Made by a program: the position numbers and the translations under genes. 37,556 nt of DNA from an uncultured bacterium (GTDB lineage: Bacteria > UBA8481): positions 62,001 to 99,556 of the forward strand of contig CAZCME010000015.1 of assembly GCA_964499705.1 (NCBI GenBank), given 5' to 3'. The notes beneath the pieces are model-generated. The model searched no databases, had not been told where the DNA came from, and saw only the letters and a program-made list of their open reading frames with translations. Below, piece by piece: positions 15,150 through 24,038 of the stretch (positions are counted from its first letter, which is position 1; each line of letters opens with the position of its first letter).

Positions 15150-16469
15150 ATGACGGAATTGATCGCCGGCGGGATCGACGAGGAACTGATTCGCGAGGGA
15201 TTCGAACGGGAGGTTCTTCGCTCGGAGCGCGCTCGCGCGACGATCATCGCCTGCCTCTTCGCCTTCGCATCCTGCTTTTTCCCGGCCGTGCTCTTCTTCC
15301 GCCCGGATCTCGTCATCGAGGTTTTCGGAGGATACGGCGTCGTGCCCCGGATCTTTCTCTTCCTCGGAGGAACGGCCGCCTACGGCTTCGCGGCCCGGTA
15401 CCATCTCGGACGGCTCGCCGCCCGCCGCGCCGTGTTGTCCAATTCGCTCCGGTATTTCAACGCGTTTGTCGAGATCAGCATCCCCACGGGAATCATGATC
15501 CTCATGTCCTCATTCATACAGCGCGAATACATCCTGGTCACTCCGGGCGTTCTGCTCTATTTCGTCTTCATCATTCTTTCCGCGCTGAGGCTCGAGCCGA
15601 AGCTCTGTCTCTTCACAGGTGGAGTCGCGGCGCTCGAATATCTCGCTCTCGCCTGGTGGTTTGTTCTTCGCCATGCTCCGGAGGGAATTCCGCCCGTCAT
15701 CGTCCACCCCATGCCGAATCTTTCCCGGGCCGGGATCATCTTCCTCGGCGGCGTCGCGACGGCTCTACTGACCGCCGAAATACGGCGCCACATCCGGGAA
15801 ACGCTGGACGCGCTCGAGGCGCGCCGCCGCGTCGTCGATATCTTCGGCAAGCACGTCTCGCCCGCGGTCGTCGAGAAACTGCTGGAACAGCGCGCCGGGC
15901 TGGAAGGGGAGATCAGGCATGTCTGCATCATGTTCATCGATATCCGGGGCTTCACGACTTTTTCGGAGGGGAAGGCTCCGGCGGATGTGGTCTCCTACCT
16001 GAACGACCTCTTCGAGTTCATGGTCGAGTCGATCAACCGCCACGAGGGCATCGTGAACAAGTTTCTCGGTGACGGCCTCATGGCGGTCTTCGGCGCGCCC
16101 ATTTCCAGCGGCCGCGATACCCGCAGCGCCGTGAATGCCGCGATCGAGATTCACGCGCGCGTCGGCGGATTGGTCCGGGAAGGACGGATCCCGCCGACGA
16201 AGATCGGCATCGGCATTCACAGCGGCCCGGCGATGACGGGGAGCATCGGCTCTTCTGAGCGGAAGGAGTACACGATCATCGGCGATGTCGTGAACGTGGC
16301 GTCGCGGATCGAGCAGATGAACAAGGAACTGGGAACGGAGATCCTCTTCTCCCATGAGGTGAAACAGGAACTGGGCTCGTCCGACCTGCGTCTGAAATCC
16401 TTCGCGGATGTGAAACTGAAGGGGCGGGAGGAAACCGTTCTCCTCTGGACGGTCGAAGGCCTGTCGTGA
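15150..16469 (+). CDS. Membrane-bound class III adenylate cyclase
   Basis: About 6 TM helices, then MFIDIRGFT, VNKFLGDGLM and EYTIIGDVVNVASRIE. The Lys/Thr specificity residues indicate ATP. The start was placed at ATG 15150, 6 nt after a TATCAT -10-like hexamer. Confidence 0.88.
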   Translation: MTELIAGGIDEELIREGFEREVLRSERARATIIACLFAFASCFFPAVLFFRPDLVIEVFGGYGVVPRIFLFLGGTAAYGFAARYHLGRLAARRAVLSNSLRYFNAFVEISIPTGIMILMSSFIQREYILVTPGVLLYFVFIILSALRLEPKLCLFTGGVAALEYLALAWWFVLRHAPEGIPPVIVHPMPNLSRAGIIFLGGVATALLTAEIRRHIRETLDALEARRRVVDIFGKHVSPAVVEKLLEQRAGLEGEIRHVCIMFIDIRGFTTFSEGKAPADVVSYLNDLFEFMVESINRHEGIVNKFLGDGLMAVFGAPISSGRDTRSAVNAAIEIHARVGGLVREGRIPPTKIGIGIHSGPAMTGSIGSSERKEYTIIGDVVNVASRIEQMNKELGTEILFSHEVKQELGSSDLRLKSFADVKLKGREETVLLWTVEGLS

Positions 16470-16491
16470 AAAGAGGGGGAATCACGGTCGC

Positions 16492-17766
16492 ATGACTTCC
16501 GCTGTCCACTCCTCCGGGCGCGTAGTCGTGATCGGCGCCGGAGCCGCGGGCACGATGGCGGCCGTGTTCGCCGCGGATTCCGGCGCTGAAACCATTCTTC
16601 TGGAGCGCACCGCCGACGGCGGGCGGAAGATTCTCATCAGCGGCGGCGGCCGCTGCAATATCCTGCCGTCGAAGCTCGATGAGTCGCGCTTCATTTCCGA
16701 TTCTTCTCATCACTCCCTCAGGAAGATTCTCCAGGGGTGGTCGCTCCCGGATCAAAGGGAATTCTTCGAACGCGACGCGGGAATCCCGCTTGTGGAAGAA
16801 GAGGAATCCGGCAAGTTATTTCCGGCGTCCAACAAGGCGCGCGATGTGCGCGACCGGCTGCTGGCCCTGGCGGCGCGGAAAGGAGCCCGGTTCCTCCCCC
16901 GCGCGCGCGTGACGGGATTGCATCCGGCGCGGGGAGGTTGGCGCGTCGAAATGGAGCATGCGGATCCGGTCGAGGCTGGAGCGGTCATCGTGGCGACGGG
17001 AGGATTGTCCGTGCCCCAGACCGGCAGCGATGGCGGAGGTCTTTCCATCGTCGCGATACTTGGCCACACGGTGCATCCGCTCTATCCGGCCCTGACTCCG
17101 CTCCATGCCGGAACGACTCCCTTCACCGCCCTCGCCGGGATTTCCCTCGATGTCACTATGACCGCGCGTGATGACGCGGGCGGACGGAATGCGAAGGCGA
17201 CCGGAGGATTTCTCTTCACGCATCACGGCTTCAGCGGCCCCTCCGTTCTCGACGTCTCGCACGTCGCCGTCCGTGCGCGCGAAGCCGGAGGAAAGCCGGC
17301 GCGCCTGACAGTGCAGTGGACGCAACTCGACGAAGAGTCGTGGAAGAAGACGCTGGCATCCGGCGGCGCCCGTCTCGTCGTGAACATGCTGCGCCTCGAA
17401 ATGCCGGCGCGCCTTGCGGATGTTCTCATGTCCGTGGCGCGCGTCGATCCGTCCCGCACGCTCGCGAATCTGCGGCGCGAGGAGCGCATCCGGCTCATCG
17501 ACGCGCTTGTGCGCTGTGAGCTTCCCTGCACCGGCGACGCGGGATACCAGAAGGCCGAAGTAACAGGTGGCGGAATCAGCCTCGCCGAGATCGATCCGCG
17601 CACGATGGAAAGCCGCAGGCATCCGGGACTCTTCCTCTGCGGCGAGATGCTCGATGCCTTCGGCCCCATCGGCGGCTACAACTTCCTCTGGGCCTGGGTG
17701 ACGGGTCGGGCGGCGGGGAGGAGCGCCGCGCGTGCGATGTGTGACAGAAGCGAGGGATCGTCTTGA
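16492..17766 (+). CDS. HI0933/YhiN-family NAD(P)/FAD-dependent flavoprotein
   Basis: GAGAAG, GRKILISGGGRCN, ATGGLSVPQTGSDG, LFTHHGFSGP, VTGGGI, GEMLD...GGYN. Confidence 0.92.
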   Translation: MTSAVHSSGRVVVIGAGAAGTMAAVFAADSGAETILLERTADGGRKILISGGGRCNILPSKLDESRFISDSSHHSLRKILQGWSLPDQREFFERDAGIPLVEEEESGKLFPASNKARDVRDRLLALAARKGARFLPRARVTGLHPARGGWRVEMEHADPVEAGAVIVATGGLSVPQTGSDGGGLSIVAILGHTVHPLYPALTPLHAGTTPFTALAGISLDVTMTARDDAGGRNAKATGGFLFTHHGFSGPSVLDVSHVAVRAREAGGKPARLTVQWTQLDEESWKKTLASGGARLVVNMLRLEMPARLADVLMSVARVDPSRTLANLRREERIRLIDALVRCELPCTGDAGYQKAEVTGGGISLAEIDPRTMESRRHPGLFLCGEMLDAFGPIGGYNFLWAWVTGRAAGRSAARAMCDRSEGSS

Positions 17767-17779
17767 TGTGCCCGGCTTG

Positions 17780-19390
17780 CTATGTCTGCCGGAAGAAATC
17801 GTTCCCTTTGTCGTCGACGAGAATGAACGCCGGAAAATCCTCCACCTCGATCCGGTAGATCGCTTCCATCCCCAGCTCGGGATACGCGATCAGTTCCACC
17901 TTCCGGATGTGATCCTTCGCCAGGATCGCGGCCGGGCCTCCAATGGAACCGAGATAGAAGCCGCCGTTCTTCTTGCACGCGTCCGTCACGGCCTGCGACC
18001 TGTTGCCCTTCGCCAGCATCACGTGCGAGCCGCCGCTGGACTGGAAGAGCTCCACGTAAGCGTCCATGCGTCCCGCGGTTGTGGGGCCGAACGATCCCGA
18101 CGGCATTCCCTCCGGTGTCTTGGCCGGCCCGGCGTAATAGATCGGATGATCCTTGATGTAGTCCGGCAAAGGTTCGCCCCGCTCCAGGCCCTCGCGCAGC
18201 TTCAGGTGCGCCTGGTCCCGCGCGACGATCAGCGTGCCGGTCAGGGCGAGTCGTGTCCTGATCGGGTGCTTCGAAAGCTCCGCGCGAATTTCCGCCATCG
18301 GCCGGCGCAGATCGATCTTCACGACGCCCGCGTCGTCGCGGACGCGCAGCCGGTCGGGTATGAAGCGTCCCGGATTCCGTTCGAGCTCCTCGATCCAGAT
18401 GCCGTCGCGATTGATCTTTGCCCTGACATTCCGGTGCGCCGAACAGGAGACCGCCATGCCGATCGGGAAGGAAGCGCCGTGCCGGGGCAGTCGGATCACG
18501 CGGACGTCCACCGCGAAGTATTTCCCTCCGAACTGCGCGCCGATGCCCGTCTGGCACGCGGCCTCGAAGAGCGTCTTCTCGAGCTCATGATCGCGAAAAG
18601 CATGCCCGCGCTCCGAACCCGTCGCGGGCAGCGTGTCGAGATACCCGGTCGTCGCGAGCTTCACGGTCTTCAGGGTCATGTCCGCGGAGAGGCCACCGAT
18701 CACAACGGCGAGGTGGTAGGGGGGACAGGCGGCGGTTCCGAGCGTCTTCATCTTCGTCGTCAGAAAATCCTGAAGAGCTTTCGGATTCATGAGCGCCGGC
18801 GTTTCCTGGAAGAGAAATGTCTTGTTCGCGGAGCCTCCGCCCTTGGCGATGAAGAGGAACTCGTATTCGTCGCCGTCCACCGCGGCGATCTCGATCTGCG
18901 CCGGAAGATTGGTGCCGGTGTTCTTCTCCTTGAACATCGAAAGCGGAGCGTTCTGCGAATAGCGCAGGTTGTCGTGCGCGAACGTGGCGAGGATTCCGCT
19001 GGCCAGCGCGTCGACGTCGCCGCCCCCGGTCCAGACCGAGGCGCCCTTCTTCGCGATGACCTGAGCGGTGCCCGTGTCCTGGCAGAGCGGAAGCACGCCG
19101 CTTGCCGAGACCTCCGCGTTCTTCAGCATCGCCAGCGCGACGCTTACGTCGTTCGGGCTCGCCTCCGGATCGTCGATGATCGCGGCGACCTGTTGGAGGT
19201 GGGCGGTCCGGAGGAAGAAGGAGCCGTCATGCATCGCTTCCGTCGCGAGCGCGGTGAGGCCGGCAGGATCGACTTTCACGATCATCGCGCCGTCGAGCGT
19301 GGTCGCGCGGACGAAATCGCCGTCGAGTTTCCTGTATCGGGTCGAATCTTCGGCCAGGGGAAAGAGATTGTTGACGCTGTCGGAAGCCAT
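17780..19390 (-). CDS. fumA: Fumarate hydratase class I (Fe-S)
   Basis: [58 protein letters not shown]. FumA and FumB cannot be distinguished here. Confidence 0.95.
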   Translation of the reverse strand: MASDSVNNLFPLAEDSTRYRKLDGDFVRATTLDGAMIVKVDPAGLTALATEAMHDGSFFLRTAHLQQVAAIIDDPEASPNDVSVALAMLKNAEVSASGVLPLCQDTGTAQVIAKKGASVWTGGGDVDALASGILATFAHDNLRYSQNAPLSMFKEKNTGTNLPAQIEIAAVDGDEYEFLFIAKGGGSANKTFLFQETPALMNPKALQDFLTTKMKTLGTAACPPYHLAVVIGGLSADMTLKTVKLATTGYLDTLPATGSERGHAFRDHELEKTLFEAACQTGIGAQFGGKYFAVDVRVIRLPRHGASFPIGMAVSCSAHRNVRAKINRDGIWIEELERNPGRFIPDRLRVRDDAGVVKIDLRRPMAEIRAELSKHPIRTRLALTGTLIVARDQAHLKLREGLERGEPLPDYIKDHPIYYAGPAKTPEGMPSGSFGPTTAGRMDAYVELFQSSGGSHVMLAKGNRSQAVTDACKKNGGFYLGSIGGPAAILAKDHIRKVELIAYPELGMEAIYRIEVEDFPAFILVDDKGNDFFRQT

Positions 19391-19416
19391 GCGGAAATTC
19401 TACGACGACTGCCGGA

Positions 19417-20898
19417 TTAGTCCAGCGGCTGTTGCTCTTTCTTTCGCCGCACTTCGGTCCGGTAGCGCCATCCCGTCCATGTTTCCCCGACGCGCAGAAG
19501 CCGCATGCTGTTGATCGACCCTGACACGCCCGTCTCCGTGCCGAAGAGAATGACGAGCACGTCGCCGCGCTTGACGACTCCTGTTTCCTGCAGCAGGAGA
19601 TCCGTCTCGTGAAGCATTCGATCGGAGTGCCAGGTTTTTTTCGCCAGTTTCGGCAGCACACCCCAGCATAGCGACATCCGGCGCCAGGCCGCCGGCTTGT
19701 CCGTCAGTCCCAGGATCTCGATGTTCGGCTTGTATTTGGAGACAAGCCTCACGGACCGGCCCGACTCCGAGAAGACCGCGAGATACCGCGCCTGCACTTC
19801 CTCGGCGGTGTGGCAGGCGGCCCTGGCGAGGATGCTCGTGAACGGCAGATCGCTCTCGATCGATCCCGTCGCCGTCATCGGGTCCGTGAGAACTCTCGTC
19901 TCCGCGTCCTCGATGATGCTCACCATCATTTTCACGGTCTCGATCGGGTACTGGCCCATCGCGGTTTCGCCGGAGAGCATCACCGCGTCGGTGCCGTCGA
20001 AGATCGCGTTCGCCACGTCCGATGCTTCCGCGCGTGTCGGGCGCGAATTGGAGATCATGCTCTCCAGCATCTGCGTCGCGGTGATGACGGTGACGCCCTT
20101 GCGGTTGGCGGTCTCGATGATCCGCTTCTGGATGAGCGGCACCTTCTGCGGGCCGACCTCGATGCCGAGGTCGCCGCGGGCGACCATCACGCCGTTCGAG
20201 ATCTCGATGATTTCGTCCAGGTACCTGACGGCTTCCGGCTTCTCGATCTTCGCGATGACCGGGATCTGGCGCCCGAAGTCCGCCACGATCCGCTTCACCA
20301 TCGCGACATCCTCCGGCTGGCGGACGAAGGAGACCGCGATGAAGTCGATGTCGTGCTCGATGCACCACGCGAGATCGTCGCAATCCTTGTCCGACAGGGC
20401 GGGCGAGGAGACGTTGACGCCGGGAAGATTGATGCCCTTGCGGTCACGCAGGACGCCGCCGTCGATGACCTTCGTCATCACGTCCGTCTCGGTAGTACCC
20501 GTGACCTCCAGCTCGATGTTGCCGTCGTCCAGCAGAATCCGGTCGCCGGTCTTGACGTCGGAAGGAAGAGCCTTGTAGGTCGTGGAGACTTCATTTCCGT
20601 TGCCGACGATGTCCCGCGTCGTGATCGTGAAGGCCGCGCCCGGCGCCAGAGTCGCGGAACCCGTCGCGAAGAGGCCCGTCCGGATCTTGGGCCCGGCGAG
20701 ATCCGCCAGCACGCCGACCGGCTTGTCCTTCGCCGTCGCAATCTCGCGAATCCACTCCAGCCACTGTCCGCGCGTGGCCGCGTCGCCATGCGACATGTTG
20801 AGGCGGAAGACATTCACGCCGGCATCGATCAGGGCGGCGATCTTCTCTCTGGACCCCACGGCGGGGCCGATCGTGGCGATGATGCGCGTGCGGATCAT
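19417..20898 (-). CDS. pyk: Pyruvate kinase
   Basis: IIATIGP, RLNMSHG, DLAGPKIR, AKIEKPEA, MVARGDLG, ATQMLESM, PTRAEASDVANA, MLSGETA. Confidence 0.97.
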   Translation of the reverse strand: MIRTRIIATIGPAVGSREKIAALIDAGVNVFRLNMSHGDAATRGQWLEWIREIATAKDKPVGVLADLAGPKIRTGLFATGSATLAPGAAFTITTRDIVGNGNEVSTTYKALPSDVKTGDRILLDDGNIELEVTGTTETDVMTKVIDGGVLRDRKGINLPGVNVSSPALSDKDCDDLAWCIEHDIDFIAVSFVRQPEDVAMVKRIVADFGRQIPVIAKIEKPEAVRYLDEIIEISNGVMVARGDLGIEVGPQKVPLIQKRIIETANRKGVTVITATQMLESMISNSRPTRAEASDVANAIFDGTDAVMLSGETAMGQYPIETVKMMVSIIEDAETRVLTDPMTATGSIESDLPFTSILARAACHTAEEVQARYLAVFSESGRSVRLVSKYKPNIEILGLTDKPAAWRRMSLCWGVLPKLAKKTWHSDRMLHETDLLLQETGVVKRGDVLVILFGTETGVSGSINSMRLLRVGETWTGWRYRTEVRRKKEQQPLD

Positions 20899-20995
20899 GA
20901 TGTGAAAAGATCAAATCGGAGCGGTCATGTCAAGGCGCGATCCATTCCCGCGGTTATGGTCCCGTCGGCTGAACTGCTTCGGCGGAACTCCGTCA

Positions 20996-21985
20996 TCACC
21001 TCATGGATTGATCCGCCAGCGCCGTGACGCACTTCTCCGCGATCTCGATCGTCGCCAGCGCGGCCGTTTCGTCGCATGAGGATATTTCATCCCGGACGAT
21101 GCATTCCCTGAAATGTCGGCACGATCCCGAGAAAGGATTCCGGATAAGTCGCCAGGGGAGAACGGCTCCCCGCCGGGCGGCGCTCCAGAACATCCCGCCC
21201 GCGGACCGAGGAGCGAGCATCGCCTCGAAGATGACCTTGCCGTGCCTGACGTGAACCACGCCTTTTGTCCCCACGATCGAGATTTCCGGCGCCAATCCCG
21301 GGATCGCCAGAGAATTCCGGATCTCGGCCCGGGCTCCGTTGTCGAAGTCGAACGTCAGCGTGACGCTATCCGGATGATGATGCCCCAGAATGTCGAAGCC
21401 TCGCGCCTCGATGCGGACGGGCTCGGCTTTCATCCACGCCAGAATCAGGTCGATGTAGTGCGATGAGAGCTCGAAGGCGATGTGTGCGCGCCGGGCGTTC
21501 GAAGCGGCGGGAATATGAAGCGTGTTGCGCGTGATCGAGAGGTGGCGGATCGGCCCGAGGCGCTCCTCGCGAAGAATCTCGGTCACGCGTTGATGTTCCG
21601 GCCAGAACCTGAGGTTGAAACCGTTGAAGAGGATGTGTCGGCTCCTGGAGTTGGCTTCGATGATCCGCCGCGCTTCATCGCCGCTCGTCGCGAGAGGCTT
21701 TTCGCAGTACACATGGAGACCGCGTTCGAGGGCGCGGCAGACGAGGTCGGTGTGCGTTTCGGCAGGGGAGCAGACATCGATGGCGTCGAGGCCGGGGAGG
21801 TCCCAGATCCGCTCGATCCCGCGCGTGTGTATCGGGATGCCGTGACGCCGCGCCAGCATCTCCGCGCGCGATGAGGAACGGTTCGCGATGGCGGCGATCT
21901 CCACGCCGGGCAGATTCTTCCAGGCTCGAATGTGCCACTCCGCGATTCGGCCCGCGCCGATGAGGGCGATACGGATCTTCTTCAT
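20996..21985 (-). CDS. Gfo/Idh/MocA family oxidoreductase
   Basis: IALIGAGRIA, HVYCEKPLA, GFNLRF, SHYIDL. Confidence 0.85.
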   Translation of the reverse strand: MKKIRIALIGAGRIAEWHIRAWKNLPGVEIAAIANRSSSRAEMLARRHGIPIHTRGIERIWDLPGLDAIDVCSPAETHTDLVCRALERGLHVYCEKPLATSGDEARRIIEANSRSRHILFNGFNLRFWPEHQRVTEILREERLGPIRHLSITRNTLHIPAASNARRAHIAFELSSHYIDLILAWMKAEPVRIEARGFDILGHHHPDSVTLTFDFDNGARAEIRNSLAIPGLAPEISIVGTKGVVHVRHGKVIFEAMLAPRSAGGMFWSAARRGAVLPWRLIRNPFSGSCRHFRECIVRDEISSCDETAALATIEIAEKCVTALADQSMR

Positions 21986-22057
21986 CTGAGGGCATCATAT
22001 TTCTGAAAAGCGCAATCCGAAATCGGAAAGGTCTTTCAGTTATGGCGGGAAATTTAT

Positions 22058-22170
22058 CAGGATGGGTAGGATGGGCAGGATATAAGAGGAATGAAAACCA
22101 CTTCCTGATAACAGGACTAAATTGCCTTCTATTCCACCCTGAATTGATCCTGCCTATCCTGTTCATCCTG
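22058..22170 (+). repeat. Inverted repeat with 9-mer tandem arms: 24-bp stem, 65-nt loop
   Basis: CAGGATGGG-TAGGATGGG-CAGGAT (22058-22081) versus ATCCTGCCT-ATCCTGTTC-ATCCTG (22147-22170). All 24 positions pair on the + strand, four of them as G-U. Confidence 0.8.
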
Positions 22171-22250
22171 TCCATATTTTTTGATGGGGAAGTTCTGGCG
22201 CGCCCAAGCAAAGCTGGATTTTTCGCCCGTCTCTGGCTAACGTGGAGCCC

Positions 22251-22916
22251 ATGTCCGCGCCCGATCTCACGGTATCATCGAGTTCCGATCCGGCGTCGCC
22301 GGAATTGAGCCTTGATCCGGAGACGACGATGCTGCAAAAAGCGGAACCTCAGGCGCCCGCCGCCGGTCTGATAGATCGGGATGCCCTGGCGCGCCTCGAA
22401 CCGGCCGCCGTGGATGCCTTCGTCCAGGAGACGATTCATCACGTGCATTCGCTCCTGTACCGGATGCTGTCGCACAAGGAGGAAGTCGAGGATCTCGTGC
22501 AGGATGTTTACATCCGCGCGTGGAGGGCGCTTCCTTCGTACCGCGGCGAGGCGAGCCCGATGACGTGGTTGTACCGGATCGCGGTCAACGCCGGTCGCGA
22601 TGCGATCGCGCGAAGGCAGCTGGATCGGAAGAGGCTTGTGACGGAGCCGGACGAAGTGATCGAGATTCGGCCGGCTTCGCACGATCCGCAGAGGGATGCG
22701 CTGACGCGCGAGGAGAACCTGGCGCTGAAAGCGGCCATCGATGAGCTGCCGCACGAACGGCGCGAGATGATCATCCTGGCGGACATCGAGGGGATGTCCA
22801 TGGAGGAGATTTCCGCGGTGCTGGAAATCCCCGAGGGGACCGTGAAGTCGAGATTGCATCGCGCCAGAGAGGCGCTGAGGGATGGAGTGAAGAAGAGGTT
22901 GGGATCATGGCCATGA
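22251..22916 (+). CDS. ECF RNA polymerase sigma factor (sigma-70 group 4)
   Basis: Region 2 VEDLVQDVYIRAW...TWLYRIAVN and region 4 EISAVLEIPEGTVKSRLHRAR. The start could be 22242, 22251 or 22329. Confidence 0.92.
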   Translation: MSAPDLTVSSSSDPASPELSLDPETTMLQKAEPQAPAAGLIDRDALARLEPAAVDAFVQETIHHVHSLLYRMLSHKEEVEDLVQDVYIRAWRALPSYRGEASPMTWLYRIAVNAGRDAIARRQLDRKRLVTEPDEVIEIRPASHDPQRDALTREENLALKAAIDELPHERREMIILADIEGMSMEEISAVLEIPEGTVKSRLHRAREALRDGVKKRLGSWP

Positions 22917-23962
22917 ACTGCGAGAATGTTCTTCATCACGTCGATGCTTATGTCCGGGGCGAAATCGATCCGCGCACGTCGAAGCAGATCGAGGAGCACA
23001 TCGGCGCGTGCGATAAATGCCGGCGTGAGGAGACCGCCGCGCGCAGGATCGCCTCGGGCCTCAGGGCGATGAGCGCTCAGGCTTCGGACGCCTTGACTCG
23101 CTCCGTTCTCTCCGCCGCCGACGGCGCCCGGGCGGGCCGTCAACGCCTCGGATGGTTCTCGCCGCTGCGCGCGATGGCGGCATGCCTCATTCTCGGATTC
23201 GTTCTCTTCTTCACATCTCGCGGGTCGGATCTGACGACGCCGATCCCGATGAAGATCGATCCGCTTCCGTACGTTGCCCCTCCGGTCGCGCCTCCGCCGG
23301 ATGCGCAACCTCCGGTCGTGGCGCCCGAAGTCGCCCCGCCGACGGATGCGACAGGTCGAGGTCCGGATGTGCGGGGCGGCGGAGCATCCATCGCGGCTCC
23401 CCACGCGGATGTCCTGCCGGCGACGACGTTTCGCTCGAAAATGGAAGTCTCGCCGGCTCCCACGCTGGCTCCGATCGCTTCTTCCTCGGATCCTGTATCC
23501 CGCGATGAGGATGCGTCCGCGGCCTTTGCTCCCGCATCGCCTTCGCCCGCATTTCCTCCCTCGCCGGCGTCCGCGTCCGAGGAACGCTCCGCGTCTGCCG
23601 CTGAAGATGTCGAAAGATCCGCGCCGGGCAAACCGAAATTTTCCGTGTCGGAACCCGAGGAGCCTCTCGCGATTTCCTCGACGGCGACGCCTCCGCCCGG
23701 CGGTCAGAGCTACACGACATTTCAGAAGGAACCGTCGACGCCGACATTCCGTCTCCAGATGACGGGTTCGTCTCCGGATCGAAGTCCTGTTCCCGAATTC
23801 TATTTTCCCTCCTCCCGTTCGTCCTGGACGGAGGATCGTCCTCGGCGCAATGAACTGCGCGCGCTTCGCTATCGGGCGATTCCTTCCTTCGCCGACATCG
23901 CCGGTTCTGTACGAAGAGATACATTCGCATCTCTCACTGATTCCCCCGCCTATAAAAAGTAG
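22913..23962 (+). CDS. Zinc-binding anti-sigma factor (zf-HC2) with TM helix and Pro/Ser/Ala-rich extracytoplasmic tail
   Basis: MNCENV...EEHIGACDKC (HxxxCxxC), TM segment AMAACLILGFVLFF, and an ATGA overlap with the sigma gene (alternative start 22907). Confidence 0.85.
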   Translation: MNCENVLHHVDAYVRGEIDPRTSKQIEEHIGACDKCRREETAARRIASGLRAMSAQASDALTRSVLSAADGARAGRQRLGWFSPLRAMAACLILGFVLFFTSRGSDLTTPIPMKIDPLPYVAPPVAPPPDAQPPVVAPEVAPPTDATGRGPDVRGGGASIAAPHADVLPATTFRSKMEVSPAPTLAPIASSSDPVSRDEDASAAFAPASPSPAFPPSPASASEERSASAAEDVERSAPGKPKFSVSEPEEPLAISSTATPPPGGQSYTTFQKEPSTPTFRLQMTGSSPDRSPVPEFYFPSSRSSWTEDRPRRNELRALRYRAIPSFADIAGSVRRDTFASLTDSPAYKK

Positions 23963-23990
23963 GGAACCCGCCCGGAAACGGTTCGTCTAA
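23963..23990 (+). promoter_or_regulatory. ECF-sigma-type promoter upstream of the VIT-vWA gene
   Basis: GGAAC (23963-23967), 16-nt spacer, CGTCTAA (23984-23990). This matches the general ECF AAC/CGTC pattern and sits directly after the anti-sigma stop. Confidence 0.7.
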
Positions 23991-24038
23991 CTTTTTCGAG
24001 TCTCGAACAGAGTGAAAAAATGAGACGGAGGGAAGACA

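Noticed and set aside
15000-15404. Track extensions of the 739-aa (start 15404) and 476-aa (start 15039) ORFs
   Set aside because: They would overlap each other head to head. The signal peptide and -10 motifs support starts at 14999/14993 and 15150.
20899-20933. Perfect TTGACA (-35) upstream of pyk on the minus strand
   Set aside because: There is no acceptable -10 at 16-18 nt spacing (the best is GATCTT at 15), so it is not reported as a promoter.
22200-22235. Autoregulatory ECF promoter upstream of the sigma gene
   Set aside because: CGTCT is present at 22228, but there is no GGAAC/AAC at the matching -35 distance.
21675-22308. ORFs 21675-22211 (-) and 22042-22308 (+) crossing the repeat element
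   Set aside because: Their periodic peptides (MDRMNRIGRI, ILPILFILSI) are by-products of the 9-mer DNA repeats, and both overlap real genes.
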